Positions 20,524 to 28,660 of a stretch of DNA of 64,000 bases are shown here, in pieces. The position numbers were made by a program, and so were the translations under genes. Below the pieces are notes generated by a model. It was not told the DNA's origin. It searched no databases and worked only from the letters and a program-made list of their open reading frames with translations. The stretch spans positions 640,001 through 704,000 of the forward strand of contig CBDEUK010000002.1 of assembly GCA_965243205.1 (NCBI GenBank). Reading direction: 5' to 3'. Position 1 is the stretch's first letter; each line of letters begins with the position of its first letter. The DNA is from Gammaproteobacteria bacterium (GTDB taxonomy: Bacteria > Pseudomonadota > Gammaproteobacteria > Eutrophobiales > Eutrophobiaceae).

Positions 20524-21777
20524 ATGAAATTGATAAACTCTTTTACACTCGGACGAATTGTATTTATCTCAATTGCGACTATCGCATTCCTATTACCTAA
20601 ATCCGTCTATGCAGATGCACTTGAAGATGGTAAAGCAGCATACCTTGAAAAAGACTATGCAAAGGCAATGGAGTTATTAAAACCTCTAGCAGAACAGGGA
20701 AATTCAGAAGCTCAAGTCACTGTAGGCATCATGTATGACTATGGCCATGGTATCGATGCAAATCCTGAAGAAGCATTTAAATGGTATAAATTAGCAGCCG
20801 AACAAGGTATTCCTGTCGTACAACATGATCTTGGCGTAAAGTATTTTCAAGGTATCGGAGTGGAGCAAGATTATGCCGAGGCGACTAAATGGTGGGAAAT
20901 GTCTTCGAATGCTGGACTTGCAGATTCTCAATTTAATTTAGGTCTTATGTATTACCGTGGTTTAGGTCACAAACAAGATTTTGCTAAAGCAAAAGGTTTA
21001 TTTGAAAAAGCTGCCGAACAAGGTCATGGTCATGCTCAATATAGCCTTGCTGTCATGCATGCCTTTGGTCAAGGTATCGATAGTGATTATGAAACAGCTT
21101 TAAAATGGTTTAATAAATCAGCAGATCAAAATATTGCACAAGCTCAATACAACTTAGGTGTCTTTTATGAAAATGGTTACGGGGTAGAAACCGATCTAGA
21201 CGTAGCACGCTCATGGTATGAAAAAGCAGCTTTACAAAACTTACCAGAAGCACAAAAAAAACTTGATAAACTCACCTCAAACGAAAAACAACCCGATCCA
21301 GTTACTACTCCAACCGAAACAGAAGATGTAGCTGTTGAGACAGCAAGCTACCCAGTTGCAGAGGAAACTACAACAGCAACAGCAAAACCAGAGCCTAAAA
21401 GAATTCCTGTTTCACCAAAACCTGAGACAACTGTCTCTACTCCAACTCCTCAACCTGCACCAGTTAGTTATGCATCAGGAGAGATAAAAACAGCCGATTG
21501 GGTAATGCAGCAAGATCCAAATGCTTATACTATCCAAATTGGTAGTAGTTCTAGTGAAGATGGTGTGATTCGATTTTTAAAGCAGGGTAATTTTTCAACT
21601 GTAACTGCTTATGTGAAAGTATTTGTAAAAGAAGCCTATCGATATTCTGCATTGTATGGAAGCTTTGCTTCCTACTCTGAAGCCGAAAGCGCGATTGCAA
21701 ATCTTCCACAAGATATTCAAACAACTAAGCCATGGGTAAGAAAGTTTAAAACTATCCAGGCATTAGTTAAGAATTAG
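20524..21777 (+). CDS. Exported Sel1-repeat protein with C-terminal SPOR (DamX-like) domain
   Basis: Signal peptide, several AQ.NLG.MY..G.G...D...A..W..KAA repeats, Pro/Thr linker, YTIQIG...PWVR. Confidence 0.88.
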   Translation: MKLINSFTLGRIVFISIATIAFLLPKSVYADALEDGKAAYLEKDYAKAMELLKPLAEQGNSEAQVTVGIMYDYGHGIDANPEEAFKWYKLAAEQGIPVVQHDLGVKYFQGIGVEQDYAEATKWWEMSSNAGLADSQFNLGLMYYRGLGHKQDFAKAKGLFEKAAEQGHGHAQYSLAVMHAFGQGIDSDYETALKWFNKSADQNIAQAQYNLGVFYENGYGVETDLDVARSWYEKAALQNLPEAQKKLDKLTSNEKQPDPVTTPTETEDVAVETASYPVAEETTTATAKPEPKRIPVSPKPETTVSTPTPQPAPVSYASGEIKTADWVMQQDPNAYTIQIGSSSSEDGVIRFLKQGNFSTVTAYVKVFVKEAYRYSALYGSFASYSEAESAIANLPQDIQTTKPWVRKFKTIQALVKN

Positions 21778-21811
21778 TCATATTAATTTATAGTATAAAT
21801 TTCATTAGTTA

Positions 21812-22543
21812 ATGAGTGCATTTGAGGAATTATTAAATGCCAGTGAAGAGGACATAGTACGTGCTCTTTACCGGTTTCGTTTATTTAAACCCAAACCCGA
21901 TCAAAGTAAATTAGAATATATTGCTAATAGATTAAAATTTACTGTACCCCAATTAGTTTGTGCTATTGGTTTTAATCCAAACAGCACTTATTTAAACGAA
22001 GTATTCCCTATTCTAGGATATGAAAATTATCAACAAATCACTCATTTAAGAGATAACTATTATATTAATGATATTTACGAAAAAATTAGTTTAGGAAATC
22101 TACTCGCGATTTATAAACGTATAAAATATGAAAATGAAATTCTTATTACGATTCCAGAATTGCTTAAGAAACGCTTAGAAAAAATTGAACAAAAAATTGA
22201 AATTACCGTGAACTCAACTACTATTGATCGATATAAAAACGAAATGAAAGCGATCTATTTTGATAAAATAGTCGATGTTGATTTCGTTGAAGATCGTCTT
22301 AGTATTATGGATAGTGGTTATAGAGCTTTACTTAATGAAGTTGCTATTATTGTTGAAAGCAATTTTATTCCTGTTGATGATGTTTTTTTTCGCGACAATA
22401 TTTTATTCGAAGAACGTCGAAAGATGTTACAACGAGGATTAGTTAATAAAGAACTTATTTTTAAAAGACTCGAAGATGAATCAATCACGTCTGAAGAACA
22501 CGATTTGTTAGAAGAGCATATTAAAATAAAACAATTAAAATAA
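21812..22543 (+). CDS. Hypothetical protein (paralog A of tandem pair)
   Basis: 243 aa ORF colinear with the next ORF. Confidence 0.85.
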   Translation: MSAFEELLNASEEDIVRALYRFRLFKPKPDQSKLEYIANRLKFTVPQLVCAIGFNPNSTYLNEVFPILGYENYQQITHLRDNYYINDIYEKISLGNLLAIYKRIKYENEILITIPELLKKRLEKIEQKIEITVNSTTIDRYKNEMKAIYFDKIVDVDFVEDRLSIMDSGYRALLNEVAIIVESNFIPVDDVFFRDNILFEERRKMLQRGLVNKELIFKRLEDESITSEEHDLLEEHIKIKQLK

Positions 22544-22545
22544 TA

Positions 22546-23259
22546 ATGACTAACTTCTTAGAAATACTAACAGCTAGTGATAGTGATTTGGTAAAATTGT
22601 TTTATAAAGTTAATGTTGATACCAAATCTGACTTTATACTGAGAATTAACAACGTCGCAACTTCACTTGGTTTAAATCATACCCAGTTAATTTGTGCATT
22701 AGCCTTCAACCCAAATATTGAAAATCTTACTGATATCCATTCTCTTTTAGGCTTTCGTTCCTTTAAAGTACTGGATTATAGAAATGAAGAGTTATTCACA
22801 ACAGATGCCTATTTTCAACTCGCAATCGATAATATTTTAGATCTTTATTCCGTTATTTTAGAAGATGAAGATGTTGTTACTAAAGTAAGGAAGTTGTTAC
22901 CTCGTCGACTGGAGGTAATTGAAAATAAGATAGAAAAAAAAGAAGAACCTAATCATGTAATGAGCTATAGAATGGAAATAAACTCGTTATATAGCTTACA
23001 AATCGCCGATAAAGAATTTGCTGATATGCGTTTAAAACTCAATATTGGTCAACATCGAATCTATAGTGGAGAGCTAAAAGCAATTATTGAGGCAGGGTAT
23101 TATCCAGCAAATAATTTATTTTTTATGGATTCACTATCACCATTAGAAAAGAAATTTCTAATTGATGAGTTAGATATTCCAAAAGAAATTATTATCAACC
23201 GATTGCAAAACCAAAATATCACTTCCGAAGAACGTAATATCCTCGAAGACTGTATATAG
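22546..23259 (+). CDS. Hypothetical protein (paralog B of tandem pair)
   Basis: 237 aa ORF starting 2 nt after paralog A; shared motifs. Confidence 0.85.
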   Translation: MTNFLEILTASDSDLVKLFYKVNVDTKSDFILRINNVATSLGLNHTQLICALAFNPNIENLTDIHSLLGFRSFKVLDYRNEELFTTDAYFQLAIDNILDLYSVILEDEDVVTKVRKLLPRRLEVIENKIEKKEEPNHVMSYRMEINSLYSLQIADKEFADMRLKLNIGQHRIYSGELKAIIEAGYYPANNLFFMDSLSPLEKKFLIDELDIPKEIIINRLQNQNITSEERNILEDCI

Positions 23260-23354
23260 TACCCCTCTCAAATCTGTGATGAGGTTGTCATTTATGTCTC
23301 TATATTGCTACAGCTTTCACAAAAAAATATTCTGAAATTCACACCAAAACATCT

Positions 23355-23367
23355 TAAGTCATTGATT
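23355..23367 (-). promoter_or_regulatory. IHF binding site
   Basis: Minus strand AATCAATGACTTA matches WATCAANNNNTTR exactly. Confidence 0.7.
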
Positions 23368-23386
23368 TTCAAATTAATTAATGGAA

Positions 23387-23402
23387 TGGCATAGTTTCTG
23401 CT
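23387..23402 (+). promoter_or_regulatory. sigma54 -24/-12 promoter
   Basis: TGGCATAGTTTCTGCT = GG-N10-GC, 35 nt upstream of the PEP-CTERM gene start. Confidence 0.75.
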
Positions 23403-23437
23403 ATGTAAACAGTATGATTTAGAGAGGAAAATCGAAA

Positions 23438-23953
23438 ATGAATAATAAATTAAAACAAATTATTGCTGTAACTACATTATTATTGATTGCTCCTTTTGCG
23501 AGCGCATATAACTATAGCCCATTATCATCAGATGCTGTTGTTTCTGTACAAATTGATTTTGGTAATGGCTACACACGAACAAACAAATTTTCGTTCTCAG
23601 ATGTTCAATTTGATGAGTTCTGGAATGATTTATTTTCAAATGGCTCTTCTCAAATGCGTAACAAAAAGCGTACTCGTCGTGCTTTAGCTCAGATATTTGC
23701 ACTAGAAACTCCTAAAGCTAAGAAGAAAGGAAAACGAAAAGTTATAGCTAAATACATGCCTAAATCTGACTCATCTGAACCGCCTTCATATGATGAACCA
23801 CCTTCAAATGAGCAAACACCAACCAATGGCACACCTACCAATGGAAACGGCGGCGGCACTCCTCCAGTTGCAGCTGTACCAGAACCTTCCACTTTAGCTT
23901 TATTAATATTAGGTGTTACTGGATTAACTTTAAGTCGTAAGTTAAAAAAATAA
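23438..23953 (+). CDS. PEP-CTERM sorting domain protein
   Basis: Signal peptide; C-terminal VPEPSTLALLILGVTGLTLSRKLKK; GAGG RBS. Confidence 0.93.
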   Translation: MNNKLKQIIAVTTLLLIAPFASAYNYSPLSSDAVVSVQIDFGNGYTRTNKFSFSDVQFDEFWNDLFSNGSSQMRNKKRTRRALAQIFALETPKAKKKGKRKVIAKYMPKSDSSEPPSYDEPPSNEQTPTNGTPTNGNGGGTPPVAAVPEPSTLALLILGVTGLTLSRKLKK

Positions 23954-23974
23954 ACTCCTCCCATGTAATAATCT

Positions 23975-24004
23975 AAAGGGGTCTCTTATAGAGACCCTTT
24001 TTTT
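23975..24004 (+). terminator. Intrinsic terminator (likely bidirectional)
   Basis: AAAG-GGGTCTCT-TAT-AGAGACCC-TTTTTTT. Confidence 0.8.
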
Positions 24005-24029
24005 GTTCGAAGTAAAGATAAAGTAAGTG

Positions 24030-24195
24030 TATGGTGCCGGAGAGAGGATTATTCGGTACATCCTGTACCTCACCCTAAAGGGCCCGCCTTCGGCGGTTCA
24101 ACTTTGTGTTCCTGACAAAGTTGTCGAACCTTTGTCGGTTCAAGTTCATTTCGAAATCATATAAACATAATCCATTTTAATGGATTATGTTTATA
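24030..24195 (-). ncRNA. RtT/TRIP-like tRNA-linked repeat downstream of tRNA-Thr
   Basis: 19-bp copy of the tRNA-Thr 3' end, then GGATTATTCG...CCTCACCCT..GGGCC...TCGAACC with stacked hairpins, as in the E. coli tyrT repeat. Confidence 0.7.
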
Positions 24196-24271
24196 TGGTG
24201 CCGGAGAGAGGACTCGAACCTCCGACCTAATCATTACGAATGATCCGCTCTACCAACTGAGCTACACCGGC
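24196..24271 (-). tRNA. tRNA-Thr(CGT)
   Basis: GCCGGTGTAGCTCAGTTGGTAGAGC...TTCGTAA...GTTCGAGTCC...GGCACCA. Confidence 0.96.
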
Positions 24272-24332
24272 AACTATCGGTAATTATAATCTAAATTACT
24301 TAGAACTGAAAAATACACGAAATAAATAATAC

Positions 24333-25907
24333 TTATTGGTTCAACTGTTTGTCTTGAATGAAATCCAATGTTTGATACCACCAATTATTAACATTTGTTT
24401 CATCTGCAACAGTTAACCAATCTGCATTACCAAACCCAGACCAAATTACGATGCCATCAGCATATTTGTATGCAGTCTCAAGTTGTAAACGCCAATAATC
24501 ACCTGCAACCAACTGCCCCGCGTAGTCAGAACTATTATGATAAACTGGCCATAGAAAGACATAGACAGGCTTACCATATTTTCTTGCTTCCTTTAGATTT
24601 TCTTCAGCGAATCTAAGCCAACCCTCTTGATCAGTGTAAAAAGTATATAAAGATGGGAATATTACATCTACATGTTGTGCAAGATGTTTAAAAAGTTCGT
24701 TACGTTCCATCCAACTATCATTGATACCTCCATGGACTCCCCAATATTCACGTTGTGGCATTTCTCCATAATAGCCAATTCGGATGCCTGGCTTTTCATT
24801 ATGGATCCAATTTGCAATCGAAGACATTTTTTGAATAGAGTCGATATTATTAGTAAAGCCATCTTGATAACGTGTAGGTAAATGCTCTATGTTTATATAA
24901 TGTAATAAATTAGTTTCCGTTATCTTTTTTGCTTCTTCTCGTACATTTTCTTCACTCGGAAAGTCAGTATTGATATCATCAGTTGAGTTCCAAAATTTTG
25001 TATGCGAAGAAAACCTAGGCACCAAAGAAAATCCATATTGAGACATATCCGGAAGATTTCCCGCACTAATACTTTGCCCTAAGAAAAAAGCTTTCTTACC
25101 ACGATAAAAAGCAAGGTCTCCATTCTGAAAAGTCAAAAAATTATTATGTGGCTTATCCAAAAGTCGTACTTCATCAATCGTTCCTCGAAAGTGATCATTG
25201 GATGTTGTATAGCGTTTACCTAATCTAAATCGCCACCCATTTGCTCGATAATCAAAATCAATAAAGTTTCTGACTAAAGATGGTTGTAGATTAACGATTA
25301 CGTTATTTTCATCGTTCCAATATAGTCTGACTTGAACATCATCCTCTCTTAGATCTCCATCAAAATCTGCTGTTCTTACACTAAACGCAATATGATACCA
25401 ATGTTCTATCTTGGAATTTTTAACAGGTAAATGTAATGATTGAATTTGGTTCTCACCATCTCCTGAGCGAATTTCAACAACTAAATTACCGTTAGCAAAA
25501 TATAAAATTGAAGAAAATGTTGAGCCTACCAAATTCGCCATTACTACTTGTCTTGTTGGTAAGTTTTGCGGCAAATTATTCAGATCGTCCCATTTAACCC
25601 ATGTTTCAAAAGTAAAGTTATCACTATCTCCAAGGCTTGTTGATTCTAATGCTCCTGTTCCACTAAAACCTGTAATGGCCCGCCCCATACCAATTTGCCC
25701 AGATACATCAGAAATAACAGCATTTCCATACGTTACTAGTTTGTGGCGCCCAGTAAAATCTGTAAATTCTCCAAAATTATTATTTGACTGATCAAACTGC
25801 CATAACGCTTTTAAATTCTGCTCACTACCATCATAGTTTCCAGGCATCGCTTGTATATTAAAAAAAGTTAACAGAAAAAATATATAAATGAATAATTTAT
25901 GAAACAT
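24333..25907 (-). CDS. Secreted LamG-like jellyroll + putative TIM-barrel glycoside hydrolase
   Basis: Signal peptide from ATG 25907; LamG motifs ALWQFD, FTFETWVK, WYHIAF, FRGTIDEVRL; C-terminal domain paralogous to 56889..57767. Confidence 0.8.
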   Translation of the reverse strand: MFHKLFIYIFFLLTFFNIQAMPGNYDGSEQNLKALWQFDQSNNNFGEFTDFTGRHKLVTYGNAVISDVSGQIGMGRAITGFSGTGALESTSLGDSDNFTFETWVKWDDLNNLPQNLPTRQVVMANLVGSTFSSILYFANGNLVVEIRSGDGENQIQSLHLPVKNSKIEHWYHIAFSVRTADFDGDLREDDVQVRLYWNDENNVIVNLQPSLVRNFIDFDYRANGWRFRLGKRYTTSNDHFRGTIDEVRLLDKPHNNFLTFQNGDLAFYRGKKAFFLGQSISAGNLPDMSQYGFSLVPRFSSHTKFWNSTDDINTDFPSEENVREEAKKITETNLLHYINIEHLPTRYQDGFTNNIDSIQKMSSIANWIHNEKPGIRIGYYGEMPQREYWGVHGGINDSWMERNELFKHLAQHVDVIFPSLYTFYTDQEGWLRFAEENLKEARKYGKPVYVFLWPVYHNSSDYAGQLVAGDYWRLQLETAYKYADGIVIWSGFGNADWLTVADETNVNNWWYQTLDFIQDKQLNQ

Positions 25908-26046
25908 TGCGCCGTACCTGTTTATTTTGAAAAAAACATCCAGACATCCTCGATACAATTATTAGACCAACATCTATAATTGCTATATTTCCTATCTATT
26001 CATTAACATAATTTTATCTAAATTATTTAACTACAATGTGAATACT

Positions 26047-27099
26047 TTATGGAAAATTTATTTCAGGGTGCTCTTTATGCAGTAAGTTTTTTATTAATCG
26101 TGCAGATGCAGGCGCTTGTAATATGCCATTTCGATAATGGCCTGTATTGATATATAGATTATTTACCTGATTATGTTTGGCAATTATAGGTTGTTCAGAT
26201 CGTGGCCTAAGCCCAGTCCAATGTGCACTAGGCTGATGTGCTTTCAATTCAGGAATGAATATTTCAGCAAAAGATTGAAGCTGTTCCTTTGCTTCATTTG
26301 TTGTAGCTTTATTATAACCAGTATCTTCTAAGGTACTGCCGATTACTAATTGCCCATTTTTTCTCGGAATACAATACTTACCATTAGCTAGAACAATGCA
26401 ATCTATCAATTCCTTATCAAGACTATAACTTATCATCTGTCCCTTAATTGGTTTTACGTGAATCCCAAAGTTAAATTGTGCATCACCGCTCCATGCACCC
26501 GCCGCTATGACTACATTATCAGCAACAATTTCTTTTTTAGAAGTTATTAGTTTTGTAACTGCATTAGCTTTCGTTTTAACCTCTAAAACTTGGCTATTTT
26601 CAATGAACGTTACTGATTTTTTCTGCAATGATTTTTTTAATGCATTTATTAAATAAATATTATTGATATGTGCAGCTTGAGGAAGCCAGACAGATTTTTT
26701 ATTCGTTTGTAAATGATGTAATTTAGGAAAGCGTGATAAGTTATCAACTATAACTGAATTTTCTATTTTTTGCTTTTGCCAAGAATCAAAATCGTCATCA
26801 AGTTCAGGCTCAATGACTAACATTCCTGAAGCTAAATAATCACAATCGATACCTGTTTTATCCAACAGTTCATCACATAAAACCGGGTAACGTTTTTGAC
26901 TCCATAACTGGAGTTGTAAAGAAATTTGTGATTGTTTCCAAGGAGGTAAAGCAGAGAGAATTCCACCGCCTGCACTAGAGGCCTCTTGTCCTAATTCACC
27001 TTTATCAATAACAACAACTTTCAAACCTGTATCAATCAGCTCATAAGCGGTCATCAGACCAATGATACCACCACCGATGATCGCTACATCAAAACTCAT
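26047..27099 (-). CDS. thiO: Glycine oxidase ThiO (FAD-dependent DAO family)
   Basis: GGGIIG, AS.AGGGIL, AAGAWS, KGQM, GLRP, GHYRNG. Confidence 0.85.
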   Translation of the reverse strand: MSFDVAIIGGGIIGLMTAYELIDTGLKVVVIDKGELGQEASSAGGGILSALPPWKQSQISLQLQLWSQKRYPVLCDELLDKTGIDCDYLASGMLVIEPELDDDFDSWQKQKIENSVIVDNLSRFPKLHHLQTNKKSVWLPQAAHINNIYLINALKKSLQKKSVTFIENSQVLEVKTKANAVTKLITSKKEIVADNVVIAAGAWSGDAQFNFGIHVKPIKGQMISYSLDKELIDCIVLANGKYCIPRKNGQLVIGSTLEDTGYNKATTNEAKEQLQSFAEIFIPELKAHQPSAHWTGLRPRSEQPIIAKHNQVNNLYINTGHYRNGILQAPASARLIKNLLHKEHPEINFP

Positions 27100-27128
27100 T
27101 CAGGCTCAATTTAAAATATTTAAAAAGA

Positions 27129-28094
27129 TTAATTCGCAGCTTTTTCTTGTAATGCAGATTTCATTAATTCTTTAGGTAACGAAAATACAACTTTCTCACG
27201 TTTACCTGGGGCTTCAACGACAACATCAGCTCCTAATTTTTGAAGTTTTTGTACAACTTCCTCAACTAAAATTTCTGGTGCCGAAGCGCCAGCTGTTAAA
27301 CCGATTTTCTTCTTATCTTCCAACCATTCTTCTTTTATTTCTGAAGCATTATCGATTAAGAATGCAGGCACACCGGCTTTTTGTGAAATCTCGGCTAAAC
27401 GAGAAGAATTAGAACTATTTTGTGAGCCCACAACCAGAATTAAATCAGAGTCTTTTACCATTTTCTTAACGGCATCTTGGCGGTTCTGAGTTGCGTAGCA
27501 AATATCTTCTTTCTTTGGGCCTTCGATATTTGGAAAACGCTCACGAAGTGCATCAATAACTAAAGCGGTATCATCCATCGATAACGTCGTCTGAGTAACA
27601 AAAGCTAAGAAATTTGGATCTTTAACCTGCATACTCCAAACATCTTCAACCGACTCAACTAAGTACATGCCACCTTTATCATCACTGCGTCGATATTGAC
27701 CTAAAGTACCCTCAACTTCAGGATGACCTTCATGGCCAATCAATATGCATTCTCGGCCTTCATCTTGATACTTACCTACTTCCATATGTACTTTAGTAAC
27801 TAAAGGGCAAATCGCATCAAATACTCTCAGATTACGTCTAGCGGCTTCATCACGAACTGCTTTTGAAACACCATGAGCACTGAAAATGACGGTAGAGTTG
27901 TCTTCTACTTCATCTAATTCTTCGACGAAAACCGCACCTTTATCTCGTAGCCCATCAACTACATACTTATTGTGAACCACCTCGTGGCGAACATAGACGG
28001 GAGCTCCAAACAGCTCTAAAGCACGTTCTACGATCTCAATTGCTCGGTCTACACCAGCACAAAATCCACGTGGGTTGGCAAGAGAAATTTGCAT
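27129..28094 (-). CDS. ispH: 4-hydroxy-3-methylbut-2-enyl diphosphate reductase
   Basis: [36 protein letters not shown]. Confidence 0.99.
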   Translation of the reverse strand: MQISLANPRGFCAGVDRAIEIVERALELFGAPVYVRHEVVHNKYVVDGLRDKGAVFVEELDEVEDNSTVIFSAHGVSKAVRDEAARRNLRVFDAICPLVTKVHMEVGKYQDEGRECILIGHEGHPEVEGTLGQYRRSDDKGGMYLVESVEDVWSMQVKDPNFLAFVTQTTLSMDDTALVIDALRERFPNIEGPKKEDICYATQNRQDAVKKMVKDSDLILVVGSQNSSNSSRLAEISQKAGVPAFLIDNASEIKEEWLEDKKKIGLTAGASAPEILVEEVVQKLQKLGADVVVEAPGKREKVVFSLPKELMKSALQEKAAN

Positions 28095-28164
28095 AAGTTA
28101 GTTTCCTATAAAAAATATCTTAGAAATAATACGTTAAATTTGAGCCTATTTTAGACTAAATCTG

Positions 28165-28656
28165 TCATTGATGTTCTGCTTTCTGTTCATAAATTGAGTC
28201 AATAATATATAAAATTGCCCCAATAAAAACGGCAGAATCGGCAATATTAAACGATGGCCAAGGATTAAATATCCTAAATGGAATAAAACTGATGTAGACC
28301 TGAATAAAATCGACTACACATCCAATAAATATCCGATCCGCTAAATTCCCTAAAGCACCACCAAGAATCATAGCCAAAGCCACAGCCAACAATGATTTAT
28401 CTTTGGGTAACTTTATTAGCCACACTAAAATAAAAAGGCTTACAAACATTACAAAGATAGAAATTGCCCAACGTTGCCATCCTCCAGCATCACTTAAAAA
28501 ACTGAATGCAGCGCCATAATTACAAGCATGATTAATATTAAACACACCTGGAATTATTGGAAAATAATCACCTAATTGTAGATTTGAAATAATCCAACCT
28601 TTGGAAAGTTGATCCAAAATTAAGACAACAATAGTGATGATTAAATATCGCATCAT
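28165..28656 (-). CDS. lspA: Lipoprotein signal peptidase II
   Basis: DQLSK, NYGAAFS, GGALGNLADR, VVDFI, FNIAD. Confidence 0.97.
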   Translation of the reverse strand: MMRYLIITIVVLILDQLSKGWIISNLQLGDYFPIIPGVFNINHACNYGAAFSFLSDAGGWQRWAISIFVMFVSLFILVWLIKLPKDKSLLAVALAMILGGALGNLADRIFIGCVVDFIQVYISFIPFRIFNPWPSFNIADSAVFIGAILYIIDSIYEQKAEHQ

Positions 28657-28660
28657 TTAA

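Noticed and set aside
24030-24212. attL/attR of an integrated element at tRNA-Thr
   Set aside because: Repeats are only 164 bp apart with no integrase or cargo; better explained as an RtT-like repeat
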